64,000 nucleotides of DNA from Macrostomum hystrix (lineage: Eukaryota > Animalia > Platyhelminthes): positions 1,116,001 to 1,180,000 of the forward strand of contig CATNEN010000010.1 of the NCBI GenBank assembly GCA_950097015.1, given 5' to 3'. The notes below the pieces were generated by a model. It ran no database searches and had not been told where the DNA came from. It was given only the letters and a program-made list of their open reading frames with translations. The number at the start of each line of letters is the position of its first letter. The first letter of the stretch is position 1. Positions 46,712 to 59,898 of the stretch are shown here, one piece after another. The position numbers and the translations under genes are program-made.

Positions 46712-49700
46712 TGTGTTGAGTTCCTTTGCTGAGGATGTTAAATGTAAACTGAAACACTATAAAATTGTTAAAATAAATAAACAAAAATAGAACGAAACAA
46801 ATACTTATGAACTTTATTTCAACTCTTAACTAAAATGAAACCACCTATAATTCAACACATTGCATACAAAATTGACCTAAACTGTAAGGATCCTCAAAAA
46901 AATATGTTTCACATATTTTACACCTTACCAAAGTAATCATATTTTGAAAGACTAGAAAGGAATAAAATGATTCAAGATGCAAGCAATTTGACTGGGTAGT
47001 TTGTGCTGTTATTGTAGGGGTTCTCTGATTGATCGGAGACTCCTAAACTTTGCGAAACTGGCTGCAACATGTGTCACAATTTCGACTACTCAAAGAAACT
47101 CAAAACTCAAAGAATAACATGCTTCCAATGAGGTTTGACAATTTGACAGTCAACAGCCTAAACTTGCTGTATTATTGCTTATACTACAGCGACCAAATCA
47201 TTATAATACGAGTAATCAATGACCCTGCATAAAGCTGTGGGTACTTTCACTGAAGATTCCTCATCCCTGATGCCAAGGAGATAGAGCGGAGATGTTAGCT
47301 GTTGTAAGGTCTGATTTGGAGCACAGAAACATGGAATGAACATAATTAAAATGCCATGGCCATTTAATGCCATAAGACAAGACAATGCCATTGTCCATGC
47401 AGACACCGGAACACCTCTGTATCCTCAAAAAAATTGTAAAATGGGTGGAAGTGCTCAGAGCAGATGGCTATGTTCTTAAATTGATTAACATCCTTTCTTT
47501 GCTGAGCTACAGTACATCAAAGCCCATATACATTTTGGGTTTTTTATAGCGCCTCAGTGGATTTGGTCCTTTGTTACATGTTTTTTGTGAATTTTGTGAA
47601 GCTTGATTAGCAGGTCATTTTAGCAGTTTAAGATACCATAATCTATGTTGAGCTTTTGCTAATTATACAATTAAATATAGAATATATAATGTGTAAAATA
47701 TTCTTTTTTTGTTTATAATTTATAAACTTTACACTTTAAATGTTTGATAAAAGCAAAAGTTCTCTAGTCTTGTACCTGTACAATGTCGATCATACCTATT
47801 ATATACCCATGATATATATGGTATATTATATATATATGACATGTACCTAAGCTGTCAATCAATTACCTAATAATGTGCAAGACATACATATATTTGTGGG
47901 ATCTGGTCATTATATGTTCATTTGAAATGCTGCAAATTAGCTTGTTAGCAAGTATTATCATATTTAATACACTGTAGAAGATAACATTTGAAATAAGCAG
48001 ACAAACACTAATAGTACAATTCCCCACCCTTAATATCCACATATTCTACAACTCAAGCATGTCCAAAATATAGAATCCTTGCTTGCTTATGTGCATGGCT
48101 GATATGCCCACAAGTTCTAGAGTTACAGAAGTAGCCACTATGTCCACAAGCAAGCCACAAATCAATATAAGTAACATGGCGGCCATGTGAAAAATATTGC
48201 AACTTAGAAGCATGGCAGCTGTGCCCTTAAGACTGGAATTAGTTTTATATAAAATTAAAATGATTACTATAATATTGTTAAATTGCATTAGGCCAAATGG
48301 TGAATAAAAACAAAAACAGTACCTGCCTACCACAATGAAAAAACAAAATTCAAGAACTATATAAATTATTTTGTGATATACATGTGCAAATTGTGGAATT
48401 GAGCTCCTTCATTTTTCTATATCCATAAGAGGGAAACAAGGTAATTTTATTTACAACAGCATAGCAATGATTAAATAGATTTAATACAATCAAAAGCAAT
48501 TATTTTTTCGTGTTAGTTAGCTATATTCAATAATTTTGAACATTTGCTTAGGTTTCAGGAACCCTCAACACAACATAGGCCTATGTGGTAAAAATAAATG
48601 ACAATCTTTTGTGCAAAATATACAAGTATATGATATACATATACAAGTATGTATATACAAGTATGTATATACAAGTATGTATATACAAGTATGTATATAC
48701 AAAAATATATAAGTATTTGTACAAATTGTATTCAAATATACAATTTGTGCAAAATTCAGGTTAAAATAGATTGTGGTTTGTGGGATTATGGGACTGATTG
48801 ATTATATAATTTTTTATTGACATTGAATTTCAAATATTTCAAAACTACACATTGGAAAACGTTCAAATATATGATAACTAGTTTTCATGGTGTAGCTCAT
48901 ATTAAAGATTAAAGATTTACTGTTTGCAGAAGTTTGTAGCATCTCAAACAGAACTAATACTTTGTCATTTTAAAACATGTTGCAGAATTGCTGCAACAAC
49001 TTGAAACTCTTCATATGTGTAAGTTCATAACATATATTCACAACAAGAATAGACAGCCAGAATTAAAAACCAATACTACAACAGACATGCCATATCAAAA
49101 GTCCTTAGTTAATAAATTGCAAATAGACATTAATCTAGAAAAAAGGCAATCAAGGTTAGATATTTTTTAAAGTAAAAAATGAAAACGAAATACATATTCT
49201 GAATGCAACAGTTAAAATGCATAGATCAGATACAAGGGAAGACAAACAGATTGATTGAAGCGTACCTAGACTTTCTAAGAGAAAAAATTGAAAAATGTAT
49301 GTTTATAATATCATGTTTGCACGACAGTCTAGTTTTAAATAAAAAATTTACTTTTTGACAACTGGTAAAGATAAATTTATCTTTTGACGATATACCTTGC
49401 TATCAGACAGGAAAATTTGTTTAAGTATTGCAGTAACTTACTTTTTTAATTTCGATTTCTGAGTAGGATTTAAAAATGGAAGTAACACTAGTCTTCTTCC
49501 ACCTATTGGCACACTAGTTCTATCCCATTTGTAGGGCCAGATTTTGTGCTATTGGATGTCGTCCTAGTTTCACTGATTTACGATAATTCTATTGGGATTT
49601 ATACTCGTTCATTAGACTACTATTTTTCAATTTATTGCGATTTACACACTGATTGTTTACTAAGTTAGTTAGTTTAGCTTCATTTGATAGAGTTGTTATT

Positions 49701-49746
49701 TGTAGGATAATTTATACTGTTTGACCCAAAGATTGTATCAGCAGCA

Positions 49747-52700
49747 ATGCTTATTAAAGAATAGTAAGTAAACCTTCTCTGGATTTTTTCGTGCCTAGTT
49801 TTAAGGAACTTGTATATCTAATTTTGCTTGTTAACTATGCCATCTATATGATCTGTCTGATTTAAGCCTGCTTCTATAATTTGTGTTTTGTTATTCAAAA
49901 TTTTGCTTACTATGCATTTTCCTATCACTTTGTCATCTAGCCTATGTATATTGCTCCAGTTCAGTTTGGCCAAAGGTTAATTCCTCAGTGCCAAATTGGT
50001 AGTGACAATAGGCCTAGTATTTCACTTCAGCAGTGTTTAGTTAAGAAAATCTACTATGTGTAAAGTTAATGATAGAAAACTAAGCAAAATACATTAATAG
50101 AAACAATTTAACCACCGAAACCACAAAAAGTTTATGTGTCACACTTCTGAAGTATTATAAACTTTAAGCTGATATATTTGAGTTGATTGACTTGATTATT
50201 CTTGACCATCAATAAAAAATATAATTTTATAATATTAGAAGCATCAAATTAGCATGTGATGTGGGCCAAAAGGTTTTTAATTTTAGAATTTGCTTGTGAC
50301 CAAGACAACAATTTATTGTGATATGTGCCATTTAGGCCTACCAGCTAAATTAAAATCTTAGCAGTTTATTTGTCTAAAATGCACTTTTGAATGTCGATGT
50401 ATAGTTTTCAAAAGAAATCTGAGAGTTGGCCAATGAGTTTGTAATTGTCAAAGCCTTAACTTTTTTAAAGTAATTTGAAGTATATAACTTTTTTATTGTT
50501 TAAATAACAAATTAATAAAGGTATCATTATAATTTATATGTAGCATATTAACCCCGAAAACCCGGATGGCCATCCCTGCTGGCCATGGCTCACTAAGCAA
50601 ACTGCCCATAGTCTATGGGAGTTTCATGTTGAAAAGCTACACGGTCCCAACTGCCGGAATGGCCAGCCCAGCTGGCCATGAAACAAAATCGAAAATAGCT
50701 TTGCATTTCTTGGCGTAACCTTTCAGACAAAAGATATTTAACAGTGGTATACCGTTTATTACATGTAAATCAACAAGTGCTAATACGGGTGTATAAAATA
50801 TGATGATCTTTTCAGACAACCTCCAACAAAACTGTTGATTTTGGGCATATATTACGAGCAAAAAACATATTGGAATAGTTTTGCAGCGGAAAAATTTAAA
50901 TACCTAATACTTGTCTACATGTAGAACGTGATGGTTAAAATTCTGTATTAAGGAGACACATGTACAAGAAAAGTTTTTTTCTCCATATATTTCGAGACAT
51001 TACGCAGCTATTACCAGTAAATGCACGAGCTATTTACAGATAAAGACTCATCACAATCATATTTTAATTCCAAAAATATAAATATGCTAGATGATACGAC
51101 TATAGCTTTTAAGACATAATAAAATGGTCTAAAATTCTACTGTGAACAATCAGTTGTCTAGGCGAATCAAAATAGATCAAATCAAAACGAGATCATCTTC
51201 TAGTGGGAGAAATTTCAAAATTTGACGCGCATTTAACAATATACAAACAACTGAACAAAAACACATGAAGCGGTAACGTTGCTGCAGTTTTTTCATTTTA
51301 AACAGGTTTTACATGTGTGCATGCGCAAAATATAAAAAAGTTTACTAAAAACGTGTGCCCTAGACTGTACGCTTTTCCAGATTTAAAAGTATTTAACATA
51401 AAAAAAATTGTTTATCCTTACATCTCAGCCGCTGCATGCCAACGTTCAAAACAGCCTTCAAGACACAACCCAGGCTGGCCGACGCATTCAGGGCAGCAGA
51501 AAACTGTTTTCCTGGCAGACTGACCTTTGAAGCACACTCGGCATCGCTTTGTCGGGTGAGCTTGCTTGTCCGTTGGCGGCAACTTTCTTGGCAGGTGCCC
51601 GGTTCCGACTCTCACAGGACCCAGGTGAAGCTTCCTCTTACGACCGGGACCGGTCGATTCGATCATGTGTCGCACTGCTGAGTCCAGAAACTGCCCGAAA
51701 ACCTTTTTTCCTCCACAGCGCGTGTACACTACCCAAGCATTCCTGCATGATACCAACATCATGTGGACACCGAGGCGCACGAACCAGCGGAAGGTCTTTC
51801 GATCAGGTCTATAGGGTTGCACGGTTGCATCTAGGCGGTCCACGCCACCCATATGCTTGTTGTAGTCCAGCACAGACCGTGATTTCCGCACTCGTTCCTG
51901 GCGCCCACCATGTCCAACCCGTGTTACTTCATGTTCTGCGGCGACATTCGCTGAGTCCAGCATGTAGAGCTGCTTAACTCCGCTGGCTTTCCTATCCGTG
52001 ATTTTTACGGCGAGTATGGATTCGTTGCGCATGAAGGCAGTGCCCGGCGCAGTAAGCCTTAAGTCCCTGAGCTCTGCTGGAATTCCGCGATCGGCCCTAA
52101 CTGTTGCAGTCAGCAGGGTGCCTCTGGTGTCCAGGAACTCTGCTAGGGACAAGGAGCCGAAGTAGCTGTCGCAGTAAACATGGTATCCCAGGCCCAAGAT
52201 CTCTCGGCAGAGCTCGGCAACAACCCTTCCGCCAAAGGTTAGTGTTCCGTCATTAAGCTCCACCCCTACTTGCTGATTCGCTTCCAACGTGGAGTGAACC
52301 TCGAAATTGCTGAGGTAGCCTGTTGACGACTCACACAAGCAGTACATCTTGATACCATAGCGGGCTCGCTTGGTTGGTATGTACTGCTTGCACTTGAATC
52401 GTCCCTTGAAGTGCACCAGGGTTTCATCAACAGCGACTTCTCTCTCTGGCATATAGACACTCTTGAAGCAGCCCTGCAGGATGTTCATAAACGGTCGGAT
52501 TTTCCCCAGGACGTCTTCCTCGTCCTCTGATTGGCAGTCGTAAAATCGCAGAAACAATGAGATGTTTGCAAAGCGATCCCGCGACAGACAACAGGGTAGT
52601 TGAAAGTACGGAGTAGCGTAGAACGCATCAATAAACCAGTACTGCCATAATTCCACCCTTCTGTTAAGCCCCATGTAGAGCACCATGCCAACATACTTCA

Positions 52701-55700
52701 TTATCTCGTTTGCCGTGCAGTCGTACCACGCGCTCAATTTAGCTGGGAGTGGATCTTCAGCGTCCTGATGAGATTCAAATTCTTGTCTAGCTCGCTGAGC
52801 TCGGTTGTTGGTCCAGTGGGCCAGATGCTCAAACAACTCTGGTGTTAAAAAAGATTTAAGTTGTCTTCGATGTTGTCCGACGGATTCAAGCCAGGGTTGA
52901 TTCCCGGGGTGCCCAAAAACTCTCGCTGTTGGACATGAATCGCATCAGTATGTTCATTTACGATTTGCCATGGCGTTGCTTGAACCTCTGGAGTCTGCTG
53001 TGTTTCGTCCATTCCTTCATCTCCAGTTCCTTCTTCAAATTCAGAATTGTCAGATTCCGTTTCGCCGTCTGAGCTGATTTCTGAATCACTGTGCAAGCCT
53101 AGAGCGCGTCTGGCTTCTAAGGCCGCAACTCTTAAAGAGCGTCTGGGGGCTAAAGCCATTTTTTGGAGAGAAAAAGAGACTGAAAATAGGGAAGGTCTGG
53201 GCTTATTTTTGTTTACCGGAGGTTAAGAGAGTGAAGAAGCGAGCAAAAATAGTCTATGGCCAGTCCTGCTGGCCATCCGGCAGAACTGACTGTGTAGGCG
53301 TTAGAGCTTAGGTTTGAAGAGGTTAAATACTTATAGTGCTATTTTTACAATGGGTTTTTGCAACTATAGCAGGTTGTCTTTAGAATATATATAGTAACAG
53401 CCTTGTTGTGCTTGTTAAATAACTTGTTAATTAGTTGTTGTTAATCAATACAGTTTTAAATTATTAATGCCTAATTGATAATATGTTAGTTACCTAGTTT
53501 TAAAATAGCTACTTAATTATTTATTTCTGAATTCTTTGACCTTCTGTACTTAATAAACACAACATTATCTAGCTAGTTCTCTGGATATTTTTTGCATTTT
53601 TATATCTAGCTTCTTAGCTAAGTAATTTTATTTACTACAGGTGATTAGCTGTTCCTTGCTCAATGCTTTATTATTGTCTTAGTTTGGTACATTATCTTGT
53701 CACTCTCCTACAATATTGGGGCATTTCTTTTGTTTCTGTCTAACTTTAACTGTAGCAATTGCATGAAATAACATTTAATTACTTTTATAACTTTCTGCTT
53801 CCTTAGCATAGAATTGTAGTTAAGCATGAAATTTAAGACTTTAAAAGCACAACTTGTCACAGGCAAAGAAGAAATTACAACCTAAGAAATCTAAGTGTGT
53901 TAAGAAAAATATTGTCATTGATTTTTTATGATAGATATCAATATTTTAGATAGCCTTTACGGATAAGAAAGAATCCATCTGGTGTTTATGAAATGACAAT
54001 GGCTGTTCCTATCCTCACCACCCTGTGTAGCCGAGTGATCCTGCCCATGACTGTGGAAGAGTACCACTGCGCCCAGCTCTATTCTGTTGCTGAGGCCTCC
54101 AAGCAGGAGACTGGCGGCGGCGAGGGCATCCTGGTGGTGCACAATGAGCCATTCGATGTCAAAGCCAACAAATGGCCGCCCAAGACTCCACTACTTGGCA
54201 ACAAGGCCAATGGACAGTACACTTACAAGATCTACAAGCTGCAAAAGTGAGTCGAATTTGTTTTTTACTCGCAATTGATTATTTACTCGCAGTTGGTTGT
54301 TTACTCGCAGTTGGTTGTTTACTCGCGATTGGTTGTTTACTGCGAGTAAACTGTAAAATTTTCCACTCTATCCGACGAAACAACTTCCAGAATCACAAAT
54401 CACCTGAATCGTCAGGATAATTAACGATTCGTGTCGGGGTGTCTGGTGGCAAAAACCACCATTATAGGCACAAAGGCGACATTATTTTTGTAACCAAATT
54501 TAATGTAACCATGCTGGCTATCATTTTTGACTATTTTGGATTGATTAAATCATAAATATTTTCATTCTTAATGATTTTTGCACCAACACGGATTCGCCAG
54601 CGGGGTTCATACAGAGCAATGCTAGCTGTCCTTGTCACCAGGGTCTCTGACAAGAATTTCGCCGATGCCAATTTGGACGGCTTTGAAAGTTAGTTCATCT
54701 TATTAAAAGGCGGAAATTTTGATTTAGATAGTGGACTTTCACACGAACCTCGTCATTCGGTTTGGGAGTAGGCAGCGGGTATTCGAAACACCCCCTACAC
54801 AGGGGAAATGGCGTGGTCTTTCTACTGTTAACGCTCGGCCCTCTGGTAAGCAAACACCCGCAGTACCTACTCGCATATCTTGTATTGCATAATCAAATGA
54901 TAACTAAAGGGTAAATTTATCCCCTTCTAGCAAGGTGCCGAAGTTCATCCGCTTGCTGGCGCCCTCCGGCTCCCTGGAGATGACGGAGACTGCCTGGAAC
55001 GCCTATCCCTACTGCCGGACTGTGGTGGAGAACCCCGGCTACATGAAGGAGAACTTCTTCATCAAGATCGAGTCGATGCACGTACAGGATGCCGGCACCC
55101 AGCAGAATGTGCACCAGCTGCCGCCTGATTTGCTAAGCAAGCGCGAGGTTGTCTACATAGACATCGCCAACGATAAGCTCTATTCCAATGCGGACTACAA
55201 GCGCGAATTTGATCCCAAGCTGTTCAAATCGGCGAAGACTGGCCGCGGGCCGCTAGTGAACCAGCCGTGGTGGCAGAACTACAGCGGCCCGGTCATGTGC
55301 GCCTACAAGCTGGTCACCTGCGAGTTCAAATGGTTCGGCCTGCAGACCCGAGTGGAGAGCTTCATTCACACTGTGAGCAGCTGGTGGGCTTTGTAACCAA
55401 CTGGGAGAGTGGGCGCATGGGTAATGACCAACTGGAGTGTAAGGATTGAAGGGATGGTGACCAACTATATGATAATAGGGTAATGAAAATGACCGACTGT
55501 ATGATAATTGAAACAATTACCAACTAAATTATACCTGTAACTGAGGCAATGACCAACTAACTTGGGTAATGACCAAATAGCTGTGGTAATGACCAACTAA
55601 CTTGGGTAATGACCAAATAGCCGTGGTAATGACCAACTAACTGGTAATGACCAGCTAACTGTAGTAATGACCAACTAACTGTGGTAATGAACAACTAACT

Positions 55701-56048
55701 GGGGTTATGACTTACTAACTGGGGCAATGACCAACAAACTTGATTTATGACCAACTAAGGCAATGACCTACCAACTAGATTTTTGACCAACTAACTGGGC
55801 TAATGACGAAATGATTGTGATAATGACCAAATAACCAGGGCAATGACCAACTAAAACTTCCGCCGCCGCCGTATCCGCAGATGGAGCGCCGGATCTTCAC
55901 CAACTTCCACCGGCAGGTGTTCTGCCTCACTGACCAGTGGTTCGGCCTCACCATGGAGGACATTCGCGAACTGGAGGAGCGAACAAAGCGTGATTTGGAC
56001 AGCCAGATCGCCTCCGGCCAGGTGCGCGGAACCCGCGCCGAAGACTGA
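49747..56048 (+). CDS. PITPN: Class I phosphatidylinositol transfer protein (alpha/beta-like), 4 coding exons, 280 aa
   Basis: Exons: 49747-49763 (MLIKEY, donor GTAAGT), 54031-54246 ([32 protein letters not shown]...GQYTYKIY), 54931-55372 ([12 protein letters not shown]...[18 protein letters not shown]) and 55881-56048 ([29 protein letters not shown]). Phases are consistent (843 nt). Confidence 0.93.
50552..53322 (-). mobile_element. piggyBac DNA transposon, 2771 bp, antisense in PITP intron 1
   Basis: TTAA at 50548-50551 and 53323-53326; both ends start with CC; subterminal inverted repeat CCGGATGGCCA at 50562 and, reversed, at 53270-53280; encodes a transposase. Confidence 0.88.
51418..53159 (-). 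CDS. piggyBac transposase split by a single 1-nt frameshift near 52847 (about 580 aa if joined)
   Basis: ORF 53159-52845 has an acidic N-terminus, then TPGINPGL...LNLF*. ORF 52836-51418 has the DDD triad contexts [21 protein letters not shown] and MGGVDRLD, plus a C-terminal Cys-rich domain (CRVC...CCPEC...[11 protein letters not shown]). Confidence 0.88.
55540..55850. repeat. Degenerate ~20-bp repeat (gtaatgaccaactaact) in the last PITP intron
   Basis: Visible imperfect units. Confidence 0.8.
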
Positions 56049-56271
56049 AGTTCCCGGGGATGCAACAGGCAGAACTCGCGCCGCAGTCAGTTGGATGAAA
56101 TTTGATTCACATGTCAATTCTGGGACTTCTTGTAGATCTGCTATCATAACTGGCTTTACTAGACTGTACTTCAACAAGGGCTCTGTTAGATTGGCCAATT
56201 AGTCTTTTAGACAGGGCACTAGTTATCAACTAGGTTTTTAGACAGGCCTGTTGATTTTTTAGACAGCTTAG

Positions 56272-56822
56272 CACCTGTTAGAAGGATTAACTACCTGTTA
56301 GATGAATTAAATACCTGTTAGAAGGATTAACTACCTGTTAGATGAATTAACTACCTGTTAGAAGGATTAACTACCTGTTAGAAGGATTAACTACCTGTTA
56401 GATGAATTAACTACCTGTTAGAAGGATTAACTACCTGTTAGAAGGATTAACTACCTGTTAGCTGGCTTAACTACCTGTTAGAAGGATTAACTACCTGTTA
56501 GATGAATTAACTACCTGTTAGAAGGATTAACTACCTGTTAGAAGGATTAACTACCTGTTAGATGAATTAACTACCTGTTAGAAGGATTAACTACCTGTTA
56601 GAAGGATAAACTACCTGTTAGATGAATTAACTACCTGTTAGCTGGATTAACTACCTGTTAGATGAATTAACTACCTGTTAGAAGGATTAACTACCTGTTA
56701 GATGAATTAACTACCTGTTAGCTGGATTAACTACCTGTTAGAAGGATTAACTACCTGTTAGAAGGATAAACTACCTGTTAGATGAATTAACTACCTGTTA
56801 GCTGGATTAACTACCTTTTAGA
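56272..56822. repeat. 20-bp minisatellite (ctacctgttagaaggattaa)
   Basis: Directly visible, downstream of the PITP stop. Confidence 0.92.
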
Positions 56823-58994
56823 CAGACTGCTCACTTGTTAAGTAGTTGGTCAGAAGCAGTTTAAGGGGGTTAATGTGACATCAGTGACCTTCCCAAATCC
56901 CCACTGCTATCAGAATTGCCAGTTGAAATGGTTTTGCCTGGCCTAACTAGTCGTAAAATTTAGAACTTGGAAATGATTATTGAGTGAATTGGCACAGACT
57001 CCTCGAGCACAATGGTAGACAATAGACCACACCTCCGATTTTTTGTTGTTAGTTTGAGAAATTTGCTATTAAAAAATATTTTTTCTTCTTGCTTGGAGAC
57101 GCCTTCCTTTACTGCCTCCCGCCCGCCAGTACACTGATCATTGCCCTATTTTAATGTCCTCTTTAATTTACGAAATTACTATTTGGATGCTAGCACTGAT
57201 TATGGATATATTCTACCAAATCCAGAGTTTTTCCTATCGCAAAATTGCAACAACTAGTCATTGTTATTGTTAGCCTATTTGTTTTACTGTTGCAATAATG
57301 AAATTCTTTGCTTTAGCCAATAGTTACAGAGCACTATTTTGCTATAGCTACTTTGATTCTATCGTGGTCTAGTCTTGTTAAATAAAGTCTGCGTTTTTTA
57401 GATTAGACTTTGATTAGTTCTGAGCTGCTCATTGCATAGAGAGTGTGCAATATTCTCCGAACTGGCCGTTTATTACCGTGTCGTGAGCCCGGCGTTAAAA
57501 TTTCTCGTAGTTTCCTCTGCTCCCCTCTGAGTCTACTACTCCACTAATCTACACGCGCCATATTCCTGCGTTACACTACTGTTAGTAGTATAACAGTGGA
57601 TTGCTAATTAAAATTCAGATATGAGCATCTAGTTATTTATCGCATCGGTACTTAACTGCTTCTTATTAATTGCTAATTTTATTATTCCACTCGGCCTGGC
57701 TTTAAAATGAATAACCGTTTCATCGCTAGTCCTTCAGCCCCAGCTTTATAAACTGCTATTTCTATGTTTTCGTCTGCACCATTTACTAAACTCTGCGACA
57801 ATTCAAATTACAGTTTTTCTGTAGGCAGTATGTCACTTAACTGATTTTTTGCTGCTGTTGTGTGCCTGATATGGTCATCAGTTCAATCGTTTTATTGACT
57901 AATTGAAAGGCAAGAAATGTTTTACGGATTCTAGTTCTGATTTTCGTGCTCCATGAATTGATATAATATTACTGCGGCTTACGATTCCTTATAAATATAA
58001 TATATATTACTGATAGCTAATCGTGACTCATTTCCCTCTCTGTCTCGTGATCCTGCACTAAAAACGGATTCATTTGTGTCTTTGTCTCTTCAGTTAGAGC
58101 TTTGTACTTTTTACACAAAGTACATTGTATTTAGGTACTCATCATTGAAATGTGGATTCTGCAGACTTCTGTGTATTTGCAATCGTGCATCATCACGGAT
58201 TATATCGTGCATACAGCTACACTGGTGAGTTTGTGCTTCATCTAAATTTGACTTCATCGCATAAGCGCATGGATACTGACAGCATTTGGTCAAGACTTTA
58301 TTCAAAGCATTCGAGCGAATATTTTAACCTTATTATTATCTGAATTTGAGCAATGGGTGACAATTTTCTAATAGAAAATTGTGTTTGATTTACAAACAGC
58401 AGTTATTATGCACAGAAATATTTGAAATTACGACTCAATTTAAACTATTGATAATGCTTCACGATAATTGTTGGCTTATGAAGAATTTATAAGAGTGTAC
58501 ATTACGAGAACAAGCGTTTGGGTTTAACAACAATAAGAAGGGCATTCTCGCACAATACTACTTATACAATTAAAATGATGTAAGTTTAGAAAATCGTTGT
58601 TAACACAAGCAAAGTCGTGACATTATGACAAGCTTGCGGTAATTGGTGCATTGCTCGACTGCCGGGGGGTTATTGACACGTGGAGTGATGATGAGATCTG
58701 AGAGTGATACACAATGGACTGGGAAGCAATGAGAGTGAACGAATTGTGATTGTGGATTTGTTTAGGCGAATATAAAATACATTTTAAGCATAGAAGAAAT
58801 GCATTCTTGGACTGCTGATAGCTTACTCGTAGAGATCGGAGTGGATTTTGCGATTCTGAAGTGTCTCTATCGGATCATTTCAATACTTTTACCGGCCAGA
58901 AGGCTGCGGGTCCGAGCTCTCTATTGTTATCTACTTTTATCGATGGGATTCACAAACTGCTAGACACTTCTTAGCCAGCTTTATAGACGGCTCA

Positions 58995-59750
58995 AACTTT
59001 TAGACCAAGTGCTCAACCTTTTAGACCAAGTGCTCAACCTGTTAGACCAAGTGCTAAACCTTTTAGACCAAGTGCTCAACCTGTTAGACCAAGTGCTAAA
59101 CCTGTTAGACTAAGTGCTCAACCTGTTAGACCAAGTGCTCAACCTGTTAGACCAAGTGCTCAACCTGTTAGACCAAGTGCTCAACCTGTTAGACCAAGTG
59201 CTCAACCTGTTAGACCAAGTTCTAAACCTGTTAGACCAAGTGCTCAACCTGTTAGACCAAGTGCTAAACCTTTTAGACCAAGTGCTCAACCTGTTAGACC
59301 AAGTGCTCAACCTGTTAGACCAAGTGCTCAACCTTTTAGACCAAGTGCTCAACCTGTTAGACCAAGTGCTCAACCTGTTAGACCAAGTGCTCAACCTTTT
59401 AGACCAAGTGCTCAACCTGTTAGACCAAGTGCTAAACCTTTTAGACCAAGTTCTAAACCTGTTAGACCAAGTGCTCAACCTGTTAGACCAAGTTCTAAAC
59501 CTGTTAGACCAAGTGCTCAACCTGTTAGACCAAGTGCTAAACCTTTTAGACCAAGTGCTCAACCTGTTAGACCAAGTGCTCAACCTGTTAGACCAAGTGC
59601 TCAACCTGTTAGACCAAGTGCTCAACCTGTTAGACCAAGTGCTCAACCTGTTAGACCAAGTTCTAAACCTGTTAGACCAAGTGCTCAACCTGTTAGACCA
59701 AGTGCTCAACCTGTTAGACCAAGTGCTCAACCTTTTAGACCAAGCGCTCA
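58995..59750. repeat. 21-bp minisatellite (ctgttagaccaagtgctcaac)
   Basis: Explains ORFs 59110..59763 and 59114..59794. Confidence 0.93.
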
Positions 59751-59898
59751 GCCTGTCAGTCAAGGTGTCCTACAGTTCGATCAGAAGGTGCTGAGTCTAT
59801 TTAGCTCCTGTTAAATTTTCCTCGGACCTGACCCCGTGCCCGGCACTCGCTTTCTCGCACATACACTTATCACACATACCACACACATACCATACACA

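Noticed and set aside
53957-54030. ATG at 53993 (MTMAVPIL...) as the PITP start
   Set aside because: It lies in the intron upstream of a good tgtgtAG acceptor. The canonical MLIKEY exon at 49747 fits in phase.
59110-59794. Heptad-like LDQVLNL ORF suggesting a coiled coil
   Set aside because: It is a 21-bp minisatellite downstream of the neurexin stop.
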